Shown here piece after piece: positions 55,066 to 64,000 of a stretch of DNA of 64,000 bases. The DNA lies in NCBI GenBank assembly GCA_963838315.1, contig CAWIQW010000021.1:72561-136560 (forward strand), given 5' to 3'. The number at the start of each line of letters is the position of its first letter. The first letter of the stretch is position 1. The position numbers and the translations under genes are program-made. The stretch comes from an uncultured Acidobacteriaceae bacterium. GTDB lineage: Bacteria; Acidobacteriota; Terriglobia; Terriglobales; Acidobacteriaceae. Under the pieces are notes generated by a model. It made no database searches. It was not told the DNA's origin and saw only the letters and a list, made by a program, of their open reading frames with translations.

Positions 55066-56019
55066 TCACACAGCCACACGCAGCGCCGAGTGCAGCACGT
55101 CAATCCTCTGGCATTCCAGCGTCAAAACTTCCCCATCCACCATCACATCGACTGGCTCGTCTAACTGAAACTCAACTTGCCTCGCCGCCTGGCGCTCGGC
55201 CAGCGGATGCCGGGTATGCGTGCCGTCATAAAGAGTAGCAAGATTCCGGATCAACCCCACGCGTCCGATCGGCCCCCATCGAACATACTCGATCAGTCCA
55301 TCATCGGTGACAGCATCGGGAGCAATCATCATCGTCCCTCCCGTAAACTTGCTGTTGTTGAAAGTCAGGAACAGGCAGGGGCGCGAATCGAACTTACCCT
55401 CGCCGTTCACGCGAACGGGAAACGGCCGGCGCTTCAACCGCGCAAGACAGAGAAAAATCGACATCAAATAGCCCGTCTGGCCGGACCCGCGAAATCGCCG
55501 GTGCCGCAGCGCCGCCACATCGGCCGCAAATCCCATGCTTAACAGGTTCGTGTAGTAGATCGTGCCGGTTTTGTGTGTCAGACGCAAAACATCACAAGGC
55601 CGTGCGCGTCGCAACTCCAATGCCCGCACAGCGTGCTCGATACCAGTGGCATCGGCCCCTGAACCAGGCTCTTCAAAATCGCGCAGAAACGAATTCCCCG
55701 TTCCCAGCGGAAGAAAGCCGAGCGTAGGAATTTCGCCTTCCTGCGCCGTCGTCTGAGGCCCACCTGCCAGTTGCGAGTCGGGGAATAGCCCGTTGACGAT
55801 CTCGAACGAAGTGCCGTCTCCGCCGACGGCAATAAACTTGCGATAACCGCGACTGTAGGCGCCGCGGGCAATCTGCGTTGCTTCCCCCGGGGCGCCCGTC
55901 TCCGCCGTCTCAATCGCAAGCCCGCTCTGGCGCAGCCGTTCCAACGCGGAGGCTATGCGCTCGCGGCCGCGGCCTCCGCCCGCCGCCGGATTGATGATGG
56001 CTAGAAGCGTTTCGTTCAT
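55066..56019 (-). CDS. diacylglycerol-kinase-family lipid kinase (YegS/BmrU-like)
   Basis: AIINPAAGGGRG and FIAVGGDGTSFEIVNG, the DAGK catalytic-domain signature. Confidence 0.85.
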   Translation of the reverse strand: MNETLLAIINPAAGGGRGRERIASALERLRQSGLAIETAETGAPGEATQIARGAYSRGYRKFIAVGGDGTSFEIVNGLFPDSQLAGGPQTTAQEGEIPTLGFLPLGTGNSFLRDFEEPGSGADATGIEHAVRALELRRARPCDVLRLTHKTGTIYYTNLLSMGFAADVAALRHRRFRGSGQTGYLMSIFLCLARLKRRPFPVRVNGEGKFDSRPCLFLTFNNSKFTGGTMMIAPDAVTDDGLIEYVRWGPIGRVGLIRNLATLYDGTHTRHPLAERQAARQVEFQLDEPVDVMVDGEVLTLECQRIDVLHSALRVAV

Positions 56020-56046
56020 AGCGCGGACTTCGACCGGGACTGAGAA

Positions 56047-57756
56047 CTAGATCTCTACAACCTGCTCGCGATTGGCGGTCGCTCCGATTTCCGCCGCCAG
56101 TTCTCCCCGCTTGATTTTCATCGATGCGGTGCGTGGAAAATCCTTTTCCCATATCACGTATCCGCCGATGCGCTTAAAGTCTGGAAGGGTTCGGTTGCGG
56201 CGCACGATCTCTTCGCGCAGTTCTTCGTCCCATTTCTGGTTCTGCTCAAGCCGCACCACCAGAACCAGCATCTCGTTCCCGAGCGTCTTCTGCGGCCACA
56301 AATAGTTCGCCGCGAAAATGCAAAATTCCTTGATGGCGATCCCATCAAATACCGACTCGATATCCTCGGGATAAATATTTTTCCCACCCTCCGTCACGAT
56401 CATGTTCTTCTTGCGCCCAAACAGTTGCAGGTGCCGGTGTTTGTCGAAGCGTCCCTGATCGCCCGTCAGCAGCCAGCCTTCGACAATGGTCTGAGCCGTC
56501 AGTTCCGGATCATCCAGATAGTGCGACATGACGGATCGGCTGAGCACAGCCACTTCGCCGATCCCGTCCGAATCCGGATTCAGGATGCGTACCTCCGTGC
56601 CCGGCAATGCCTTGCCGACAGTGTCGGCGCGAAACGGCTTCAGGTCGTTGAGCGTCACTGCCGTGCAAGCCTCGGTGAGTCCATAGCCGCACGTGACCGG
56701 AATTCCGAGATCGTAGAAAAATTGCAAGGTCGAGGGATCGGTGAACGCGCCGCCCACGATAAGCGCGCGCAACTCCCCTCCAAAGGCTTTATGGACCTGC
56801 GGCAAAAGACGCCGGCTGAGTTCAACCCTGGGACGTTTTCGCGTGAGCATCCGGTTCAGACCGATCAACCGGTCCAGCATCCAGCGCTGTTTCGGCAGCA
56901 GCAGGTCGAACTTGGCACGCAGCCCGCGCTCCAGGTTCTTTAGCACCATCGGCACCAGGCTCACATACGTGATGCGGTAGCGCACAAAAGCGTCGCGCAC
57001 AAACTCAGGCCGCAGAGTCCGCAAGTGCACAACGCAAGCCCCGCACACAAACGGTCCAATGAAGCCGACCATGAAATCGATCGCGTGATTCGTGGGCAAA
57101 ATGCTCAGGTAGCGCACGCCCGGCCAGAACGGATACCACGCCGTCAGCGCCGCGCACTGCTCGAGATAGGCGTCATGCGTGAGCACGCAGCCCTTCGGGC
57201 GTCCGCCGGTCCCCGACGAATATACGATGCAAGCTGTGTCTTCGCGCTGCCGCGGCGCAAATATCGGATCGCCCTTCCGCCGGAATTCTTCCCAGCGGAA
57301 TGCCCCATGCAAATCGACGCCCGCCGGAGCCTCCGTCACCAGCACCATCGAAGTTGTACGTTTCGCAAATTCCGGAGACTGCGTGATCGCCCGCCAAAGG
57401 TAGTACTCGACGATCAGCAACTTGGCCTTCGAATGCGCCAGCAGTTGCAGATGCTCAGCGGCAGAAAGCTTGTAATCGAGCGGCACGAGCACGCCACCGC
57501 AGAAGAAAATCGAATACGCGGAGATCAGCCACTTTGACTGGTTGGTCATGATGATCGCAGCGCGATCGCCCGCCTTGAAATCGGCGTCCTGCAGCGCCCG
57601 GCAAAGCGGCCGGGCCATTTCCTTGAAGTCGGAATAAGTCAGCCGAACCTTCTCGCGGTCGCGATCGGCTTCAATCAGACATGTTTCAGTTGGCCAGCGA
57701 TCAAGAGCGGCGGTAAGAGCAGCGCCCAGGCTGGCATATTGATGGAGATCAAGCAT
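56047..57756 (-). CDS. acyl-AMP-forming ligase (long-chain acyl-CoA/ACP synthetase family)
   Basis: AMP-binding motifs [27 protein letters not shown], and [11 protein letters not shown]. Confidence 0.88.
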   Translation of the reverse strand: MLDLHQYASLGAALTAALDRWPTETCLIEADRDREKVRLTYSDFKEMARPLCRALQDADFKAGDRAAIIMTNQSKWLISAYSIFFCGGVLVPLDYKLSAAEHLQLLAHSKAKLLIVEYYLWRAITQSPEFAKRTTSMVLVTEAPAGVDLHGAFRWEEFRRKGDPIFAPRQREDTACIVYSSGTGGRPKGCVLTHDAYLEQCAALTAWYPFWPGVRYLSILPTNHAIDFMVGFIGPFVCGACVVHLRTLRPEFVRDAFVRYRITYVSLVPMVLKNLERGLRAKFDLLLPKQRWMLDRLIGLNRMLTRKRPRVELSRRLLPQVHKAFGGELRALIVGGAFTDPSTLQFFYDLGIPVTCGYGLTEACTAVTLNDLKPFRADTVGKALPGTEVRILNPDSDGIGEVAVLSRSVMSHYLDDPELTAQTIVEGWLLTGDQGRFDKHRHLQLFGRKKNMIVTEGGKNIYPEDIESVFDGIAIKEFCIFAANYLWPQKTLGNEMLVLVVRLEQNQKWDEELREEIVRRNRTLPDFKRIGGYVIWEKDFPRTASMKIKRGELAAEIGATANREQVVEI

Positions 57757-57769
57757 TCAGGTCTTTGTT

Positions 57770-57898
57770 CACCACAGAGACAAAGAGGCACAGAGAAAAA
57801 AGAAGTGTATCAGAACGTAATTTCCCCAATTGACCGGACGTGTGGGGCGCATCAAGAAAGATCAGAGATTTTCTCTGTGTCTCTGTGCCTCTGTGGTG
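57770..57898. repeat. MITE/REP-like element: 30-nt imperfect terminal inverted repeats flanking 69 nt
   Basis: The left arm is CACCACAGAGACAAAGAGGCACAGAGAAAA (57770..57799). The reverse complement of the right arm (57869..57898) is CACCACAGAGGCACAGAGACACAGAGAAAA. They match at 27 of 30 positions. Confidence 0.5.
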
Positions 57899-57908
57899 AG
57901 AAGTTGTG

Positions 57909-58151
57909 TCACAGCCGCGCCTGAATTCGCCCGGCCAGCGTGCGGAAATCCGATACGCCCTGCAATTCGTAATCCGGCAATTCGATGCGGAAGTGGTGCT
58001 CGATCCGCGTCAGCAGATCGAGCGCCTGCAAGCTGTCGATTCCCAGCGTCTTGAAGAAGTCGTCGTCCGGCGTGAGTTTTTCCCGCGGAACCTTGAAGTG
58101 ACTCGCGGCAAGGTTCAAAATCTCGTCGAGGGTTTGATCCGTGGTCGGCAT
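57909..58151 (-). CDS. acyl carrier protein
   Basis: 80 aa with the phosphopantetheine attachment motif LGIDSLQALDL. Confidence 0.85.
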   Translation of the reverse strand: MPTTDQTLDEILNLAASHFKVPREKLTPDDDFFKTLGIDSLQALDLLTRIEHHFRIELPDYELQGVSDFRTLAGRIQARL

Positions 58152-58203
58152 AACGTAGCGCGGCGCCTTTCAAATTGCGAACTGCAAATTACAAAGTACC
58201 AAT

Positions 58204-59007
58204 CTACGGCAGGTATGGCTGCGGCCCTTCATTCTCCACAAACTTCCGCAGACCTGCTTCGACTGCCGGTTGCGAATAAAGCTCGCAAAAAATGTCGATC
58301 TCTCGCTTCAATTCTTCATACGGAATCGGCTTGACGAATTTCTTCGCCGCCGCGGACGTGGCGCGATCAAACTTCCCCACCTGGCTGGCGGTCGCACGCG
58401 CCACTCGCAGAGCTTCGCCCTCCGCCGCAATCTGGCTGACCAACCCGATCTGTTGCGCCTTCATGACGTTAAAGCTGCGCCCGGTCAGCAGCAGGTCCCG
58501 CACCACCGCATTGCCAAGATCCCGCTTCAGCCGCGGGATTCCGCCGAACCCCGGAATAAGCCCCAGCCGCAATTCCGGAAAACAAAAGCGTGCCATTCGA
58601 TCCGCAATAATAATGTCGCAGACCAGCGCCAGTTCGAACCCGCCGCCGAACGTAACTCCGTGGACCGCCGCGATAGTCGTCAATGGAAGCGCATCGAGCG
58701 CGTTCATCACCGCGTGAATGCGCTCCAGAAACTCGCGCACGCCACGCGCGGCTGCGGATTTCTCCATCCCTTGCGCACGCTGGTACAACTCACGCAAGTC
58801 CGCGCCCGCCGAAAATCCCGCCGCCTGCGTCGAATGGAGAATGAGCGCGTGCGCGGCTTCCGTAAGGCCCGGCAACGCACGCACAAACTCTTCCAATTCC
58901 TCCAGCACAAGCGACCCAATCTCGTTGCACGGCTCGCGATGCAGCGTCAACTCAATCGCCCCGTTCACGATCTGCCACGAAATAGTCTGGCCTTTGTGCT
59001 CCCTCAT
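58204..59007 (-). CDS. enoyl-CoA hydratase/isomerase (crotonase) family protein
   Basis: FSAGADLRE and the oxyanion-hole region VHGVTFGGGFELALVCD. A 4-nt overlap with the upstream ligase gene. Confidence 0.88.
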   Translation of the reverse strand: MREHKGQTISWQIVNGAIELTLHREPCNEIGSLVLEELEEFVRALPGLTEAAHALILHSTQAAGFSAGADLRELYQRAQGMEKSAAARGVREFLERIHAVMNALDALPLTTIAAVHGVTFGGGFELALVCDIIIADRMARFCFPELRLGLIPGFGGIPRLKRDLGNAVVRDLLLTGRSFNVMKAQQIGLVSQIAAEGEALRVARATASQVGKFDRATSAAAKKFVKPIPYEELKREIDIFCELYSQPAVEAGLRKFVENEGPQPYLP

Positions 59008-60659
59008 GCGGTGGCGGCTGCCCCATACATCGCGTCAATCTCTTTGCGGAAACGCTTTGCGATCAAGTCGCGCTTCAACTTGCCGTTAGCCGTCAGCAGC
59101 CCGCTCTCGGGCGTGAAGGCCGCTTCCACAATGCGGAAGGCGCGCACCTGTTTGTAGTGTGGGAGATCTTGGTTAGCACGATCCAGAGCGGCCTGTGCCT
59201 GCTCAGCGCTCACTTTGCCGGTTACCAGCGCTGTCAGAAATCCACGCCCGTTCCCCACGACGACCACCTGAGTCGCTCCCGGCAACTGCTGCAGAATCTT
59301 ATCCTCGATCGGTTCTGGAGCGATGTTGTGCCCCGATCCCAGAATAATAAGGTTCTTGATGCGCCCCACGATCTTCCAGTTCCCTGCCGCATCGACCTCG
59401 CCCTGATCGCCGGTATGGAACCACCCGTCGCGTACGACTTTCGCTGTCTCATCGGCGCGATTCCAGTAGCCGGGGAAAATGTTCGGGCCGCGGACCACGA
59501 TCTCTTCATTCTCAGCCAGCTTCATCTCCACGCCAGCAATGGCCGGTCCGGCGCGCCCTGGCACTACTTTTCCACCGGGATCATCCATCGTGCAGATCGC
59601 GGTCGTTTCGGTGAGCCCGTACACCTGCAACACAGGAATTCCCAGCATCATGAAAAACAGTTGCGTCTCGATGTTGAGCGGCGCCGACCCGCAAATCAGC
59701 GCCCGCAAGCGCGGACCGATCATCTTTTTGCGTATAGTCGGAAACACGAGCCGGTTCGCCATCATAAGCCAGAGTAAGTCCCCGGCGCGCGGCTTACCGT
59801 CATGCTTGCGCGCCCACGCGCCTTTCGCTTTGCTATAGACCTTGAGCGGAAATCCGCCCGTTTTCCAAAGCTGCTCATCGACTGCTTTCCGCATGCGCTC
59901 CAGCAATGCCGGTACGTTCAGGAAATAATCGGGAGCCGCGGCGCGCATGTCGGCCGCAATTTTTCCAAGATCGGTATTCAAAGTGAGCTCGCTGCCGCGC
60001 AGCAAGCACGTGAGCAGCATGATCCAGGAACCCGCAAAGCAAAATGGCAGGTAATGAAAAACTGCCTCCTGCCCCGAACTTCTCTTCATGAGCTGATCGA
60101 GCCGCCCGGAGGTGCATCCCAGCATGTGGGCGACATTGCCCGCATTCAGCATCACGCCCTTCGCCTCGCCCGACGTGCCCGACGTATAAATGATGGCGAC
60201 GACATCGGGTTCCACAAGAGCGGGCATGACGCTGTCCGCCGGCTCGCGCCCGGCAACAAAAACGTTGTCGAAACAAAAGTAGGGAGGGGCATCCGGCCAT
60301 TCCTGCACGATCGCCTCGCCCAGCGCCTTGTCCCCGCAGGCAATCACCGAGGGCCAGCAATCTTTCATCATGGCCACCAGTTCCGACGGTGCCTGCCGCG
60401 CATACAATGGGACCGCAGTAAGACCTTCCGCCATGATCGCCAGATCCATCGCGACCCAGCGCATCGAATTGTTGGCAAGAAGCGCGCACCGGTCGCCCTT
60501 TTTCAGGCGCAGCCGCCGGAGATAAGCGCGAGCCACCTGCACCGAAGCCAGCAGATCCCGTCCAGTGAAAGAAACTGGCTGATCGGCATGCAGTTCCTGC
60601 AACACCACAGCCTCGCCGTTGCTTTCCATGCCTGCCAGAATTTCTTCAAGAAAAGTCAT
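59004..60659 (-). CDS. acyl-AMP-forming ligase (long-chain acyl-CoA/ACP synthetase family)
   Basis: AMP-binding motifs IIYTSGTSGEAKGVML, VYGLTE, TGDQGEVD, and GHNIAPEPIE. Confidence 0.88.
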   Translation of the reverse strand: MTFLEEILAGMESNGEAVVLQELHADQPVSFTGRDLLASVQVARAYLRRLRLKKGDRCALLANNSMRWVAMDLAIMAEGLTAVPLYARQAPSELVAMMKDCWPSVIACGDKALGEAIVQEWPDAPPYFCFDNVFVAGREPADSVMPALVEPDVVAIIYTSGTSGEAKGVMLNAGNVAHMLGCTSGRLDQLMKRSSGQEAVFHYLPFCFAGSWIMLLTCLLRGSELTLNTDLGKIAADMRAAAPDYFLNVPALLERMRKAVDEQLWKTGGFPLKVYSKAKGAWARKHDGKPRAGDLLWLMMANRLVFPTIRKKMIGPRLRALICGSAPLNIETQLFFMMLGIPVLQVYGLTETTAICTMDDPGGKVVPGRAGPAIAGVEMKLAENEEIVVRGPNIFPGYWNRADETAKVVRDGWFHTGDQGEVDAAGNWKIVGRIKNLIILGSGHNIAPEPIEDKILQQLPGATQVVVVGNGRGFLTALVTGKVSAEQAQAALDRANQDLPHYKQVRAFRIVEAAFTPESGLLTANGKLKRDLIAKRFRKEIDAMYGAAATA

Positions 60660-60733
60660 CGCGATTTATAAATCGTCTTTCTCCCAGAAAGTGTAACGCC
60701 CGGAAATGTCATCCTGGGCGCTGTGGGTGACTT

Positions 60734-62146
60734 TTACCCGTACGCCGTCACCAGCTCTTTCAGCGTGTCGCTCATCGGAGGCAGATAATCTTCCCAACTC
60801 CACTCTCCTCGCCGGGTGGGAAACTCGGGATAGCGCCGCTGCACTTCTTCTTCAAAATACACTCCCATGCGCGCCATCAACTTCAAATTGCGGACTACCG
60901 TGCGCCCGATCCCGTCCGCAATTCGTTCCCCCTCGCGATCGAGGATTTCGAGCGCCGCCAAAGTCCGCTCTTCGAGATCGGGATCGTCCACGTGCATCAG
61001 CAACTCCCGGTGCCCGCGGTCTTTCATCAGATTACGGATGCGTTCATCCATTGTTATGCCCGCCGATGGCACCAGCGCCGGCATGGATGTCACAATTCCG
61101 TGATAGCGCGACGAAACCATCATGCGGCACGCGCGCAGAATGCTCACCATTTGGTACATGTTGTAATCTTCGGACGTCAGCACCGGCACTCCGCCGCCTA
61201 ATTTCTCCGCGATCCGTTTGCAGGGACGCGCATCCAGCCGCTCCGTCGCCGCCATGACCACGAAAACATTTCTCTTTTGCCGGAATGCTGCGACCGCGTT
61301 CGCGATCGAAGTGAGGTAATACTCGTAAGCCCGGTCCGCCTCGGGCCCCGAATGATGGAAATACGGCCCGCGATAATGACTCTTCTCGTAAGCACCCGTA
61401 ACGCTGCGCAGCGCAGCCTTCGCGATCGAAGCTTTCACCGGCCATTCAAACGGATTGATCGGACAAACCACCAGCACCGGAGTCTTTCCATCCCATCCGA
61501 CATCGCGCAGCGCCTTCTGCCCATACTCGGCGCCCAGCGGCTCGAATGTCCACGCGGTATCGGTGCCAAGTTCGGTGGGAACCCCAAGTTCGCGCAAAAG
61601 TTTTCGCGACTCCTCGTTGCGCGTGATTACCAGTGAATTCTTGCAATATCGGCCGCACATCTTCGCGACCAGCGGATCCATCTGTCCCGCCTCGGCGCCA
61701 TATCCCACGGAAAGTTTATTCTCCGCCGCGGCAATACCGAGCGAGCCGATCATCATGGTGGCCAGCGCGTTCGCGAATTTTGACTTGAACATCGAGCCTT
61801 CGCACGCTACCACTCCATGATGCTTCGGAACCTCATTCGCTAAAAATGGCGGGAAAATATCCGGCAAATGCACCTGCGACGTCCCCTCAAAATAACCGCG
61901 CGAACGGTCGAAGTTGAAGGTCATCATGGTGAGGTCAACGTGCTCCGGCCCAAGAATTCGCCGTACTTGCCGCAGCATCTCCTCCACGCGCACATCCGAC
62001 CCAGTGTTCCGTGTCCCGTTATAGCCGGCAAAGAGCAGCTTCAGTTTCTCGCCCGGCCGCCAGGGCTCGCCCTTGCCCATCATCCACTGCACCTTCTTGC
62101 CTTCGATGATGCCGGACACCCACGCTTCCAGAAAGAAGTCCATCAT
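60734..62146 (-). CDS. polysaccharide pyruvyl-transferase-family protein (assignment tentative)
   Basis: [18 protein letters not shown] near the N-terminus and [13 protein letters not shown] near the C-terminus resemble PS_pyruv_trans motifs. ATG 62146 overlaps the upstream stop (ATGA). Confidence 0.6.
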   Translation of the reverse strand: MMDFFLEAWVSGIIEGKKVQWMMGKGEPWRPGEKLKLLFAGYNGTRNTGSDVRVEEMLRQVRRILGPEHVDLTMMTFNFDRSRGYFEGTSQVHLPDIFPPFLANEVPKHHGVVACEGSMFKSKFANALATMMIGSLGIAAAENKLSVGYGAEAGQMDPLVAKMCGRYCKNSLVITRNEESRKLLRELGVPTELGTDTAWTFEPLGAEYGQKALRDVGWDGKTPVLVVCPINPFEWPVKASIAKAALRSVTGAYEKSHYRGPYFHHSGPEADRAYEYYLTSIANAVAAFRQKRNVFVVMAATERLDARPCKRIAEKLGGGVPVLTSEDYNMYQMVSILRACRMMVSSRYHGIVTSMPALVPSAGITMDERIRNLMKDRGHRELLMHVDDPDLEERTLAALEILDREGERIADGIGRTVVRNLKLMARMGVYFEEEVQRRYPEFPTRRGEWSWEDYLPPMSDTLKELVTAYG

Positions 62147-63282
62147 GCGGCAGACCCCCCGGCCTTCGTGCTCGTAGGCCACGCCTGGTACGGATAGGCG
62201 AAGTTATGCTGCCGGCTGAAGCGCAGCAGCGGAAAGCTGTATTGCGAAAACGGTACCGGCTTGCGTCCCATTTCCGTGGTCACGCGCGTGTTATCGAACA
62301 CCGTGTTCCAGGTCAGGTAAGGCAGAAAGACTTTCATGAGCGCCGCGCCGTGGCCCACGTTCCCCTTGCGATTCGCTAGAAAATTGACTGTCGATGTAAA
62401 CGGTTTTTCCAGGATCGGCAGAAATACCGGACCGCGCTTGTTCTGCTCTTTTGCCAGAGCGGCCGTCAACTCCCGAAAACTCTGCGAGTCTCGGCCCGAA
62501 GATAAATGATACGTGTCGTAGTTCGGGCTTTCCTTCATGTGCAGCGTCGCGATCGCATCGGCCACAAAGTCCACGTTGACAATGTCGATCTTGTCATGCG
62601 GACGGAACGGCAGCACCGCCAAACCCGCCAGAAAGACGAACGAGCGCACCATATCGAACTGCGTGGTCTCCGGATAACGGCTGTCTCCGAGCACGATGCT
62701 GGGCCGGAAAATGGTCAGCGGCACTTCCGGCAGCAACTCGCGCACCATGTGCTCGCAAAATTTTTTCGTGCGCGCATACGGATCATAATCCGACCTGTCC
62801 CACTCGATCGATCGATCTTCCGTCACCACTTCATGGCTGCGCTTGCCCGCGACCGCCACCGTGCTCACGTTCGAAAAACGCCGCAAGCCGTGATAATACT
62901 GCGATTGCCGCCCCAACTGTATGACTTCCAGCGTGCCGCGCAAATTCACATTCAGGCAGGCTTTTTCCGACTTGCGATTCAGCGAGGCGGCACAGTGGAT
63001 GACCGAGTCGGTGGTGTGTACGAGCCGGTCATAGTCCGCGCGATCCAGCCCAAACTTCGGATCAGTCAAATCACCGCGAAAAATTCGGATCTTCGCCTGC
63101 AAATATTCGTAGAAAGTGGGGAACGCCATGTGCAGTTGCAGGGCATTCCAAAGCCGTACCTCCGCGTCGCGCGCATCGCGGCCGCGCACCAGGACATTAA
63201 TAGTCGCATCGTGCTGGCTGAGCAGGTTGGCGGCGACGTGCGCGCCAATGTAGCCGGTCGAACCGGTCAGGAATATCGCCAC
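62143..63282 (-). CDS. SDR thioester-reductase / fatty-acyl reductase-like protein (NAD_binding_4 type)
   Basis: [16 protein letters not shown], then VIHCAASLN, then the Tyr-x3-Lys region YARTKKFCE. This is typical of terminal reductase (male-sterility) domains. Confidence 0.8.
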   Translation of the reverse strand: MAIFLTGSTGYIGAHVAANLLSQHDATINVLVRGRDARDAEVRLWNALQLHMAFPTFYEYLQAKIRIFRGDLTDPKFGLDRADYDRLVHTTDSVIHCAASLNRKSEKACLNVNLRGTLEVIQLGRQSQYYHGLRRFSNVSTVAVAGKRSHEVVTEDRSIEWDRSDYDPYARTKKFCEHMVRELLPEVPLTIFRPSIVLGDSRYPETTQFDMVRSFVFLAGLAVLPFRPHDKIDIVNVDFVADAIATLHMKESPNYDTYHLSSGRDSQSFRELTAALAKEQNKRGPVFLPILEKPFTSTVNFLANRKGNVGHGAALMKVFLPYLTWNTVFDNTRVTTEMGRKPVPFSQYSFPLLRFSRQHNFAYPYQAWPTSTKAGGSAA

Positions 63283-64000
63283 GTTGCTCCGTTTGTCCCG
63301 GTCTTTATGCCATTCCCGTTATCGTTGACCGCTGGCATCTGCAGCACTCGCGGTTCGCGCGCTTCCAGCGGACGCCCCTCGATCAGCGGATAGGTCCACC
63401 GCCGCAGCGCGGGAATATGAATATCGATCCAGTACTCCCACCAATCCAGGCCGGCCGTATCGTACGCGAATATTTCCTTTTCTTCCGGCACCAGCGCCTG
63501 CGAAAGCTTTTCGACATTATCGGCAACAAAATCGTGCTCGTTGTGAAGAATAAAAGGCTCGAAAAGCTCGATCAGTTTCTCCACCCGCTCCAGATTGCGC
63601 TCGGCCTTGGCCAGCGCCTTGCGCATCGTCGAAGGCGCCATGACGCTTTGAATCGAGCGGATAATCATCTTCTGCGCCGGCGCCGACATCCGGTTATAGC
63701 GCTCCTTCGACACCGGAATCGCATCCATGCGCAGACGCAGCCAGTTTTCCAGGCCTTCCTGCGCGCGATAATGCCGCCGGTGTCCGAGGGACGTGAGTTC
63801 AATCGACCGTCCCATATCGCAGGGATTCGTAACCGACGTCGCTAACTGGTAGAGCGGATCATGCCGCCGTTCGACCAGGGCCGCCGCGATCAGCGTCATT
63901 CCCGCGCACACCGCGTCCACCGGAATAATGTCCAGCCGCTTGCGTTCGTTCGAAGGCAATTGGCGGAAAGATGTCCCCAGCAGATACGACAGCGATGCCG
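63267..64000 (-). CDS. fatty-acyl reductase-like protein, C-terminal part (5' end outside the window)
   Basis: The frame is open to the window edge. ..[21 protein letters not shown].. resembles the end of an NAD_binding_4 domain, followed by a helical C-terminal region. It overlaps the next gene by 16 nt. Confidence 0.6.
   Translation of the reverse strand, partial: ASLSYLLGTSFRQLPSNERKRLDIIPVDAVCAGMTLIAAALVERRHDPLYQLATSVTNPCDMGRSIELTSLGHRRHYRAQEGLENWLRLRMDAIPVSKERYNRMSAPAQKMIIRSIQSVMAPSTMRKALAKAERNLERVEKLIELFEPFILHNEHDFVADNVEKLSQALVPEEKEIFAYDTAGLDWWEYWIDIHIPALRRWTYPLIEGRPLEAREPRVLQMPAVNDNGNGIKTGTNGATWRYS

Overview
GC-rich, gene-dense chromosomal segment with about 60 protein genes and one tRNA. 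Gene content looks Acidobacteriota-like, which is inference only: a CarboxypepD_reg-type TonB-dependent receptor, a giant BNR/Asp-box protein, an orphan MacB-type permease, VKOR, and many secreted hypotheticals. I found no rRNA, CRISPR array, transposase, integrase or prophage genes. Recognisable content, in order: ugd-uxs (UDP-xylose synthesis), a REC-PilZ-PilZ regulator, a NiCoT transporter, pntAA-pntAB-pntB, and tRNA-Lys(UUU). Then a one-carbon island (GcvT-like, two CrtI/PYROXD2-like flavoproteins, purU), vapBC, RNase E/G and rodA, and a TonB-dependent receptor. Then an M28 peptidase, a stress island (Crp/Fnr, RIC, sodC), VKOR plus a Trx-like partner, and a long minus-strand lipid-type operon running off the 3' edge. 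Most notable observations: (1) A DUF3179 gene has one in-frame TGA at the first Cys of its conserved CxxC motif, followed by a hairpin with a GGUC loop, making it a candidate selenoprotein. (2) The lipid operon has two acyl-AMP ligases, ACP, a crotonase, a pyruvyl-transferase-like protein, two thioester-reductase SDRs and a DAGK-like kinase, but no ketosynthase. (3) RNase E carries a disordered insertion of about 470 aa inside its S1 domain. (4) A 2.5-kb patch holds three adjacent genes, two of them broken by at least six frameshifts and the third possibly one more, while the flanks are intact. Also seen: several intergenic repeat families, leaderless-type promoters, and two sub-60-aa ORFs the ORF track misses. 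All functional calls come from motif recognition by eye; no database search was run.
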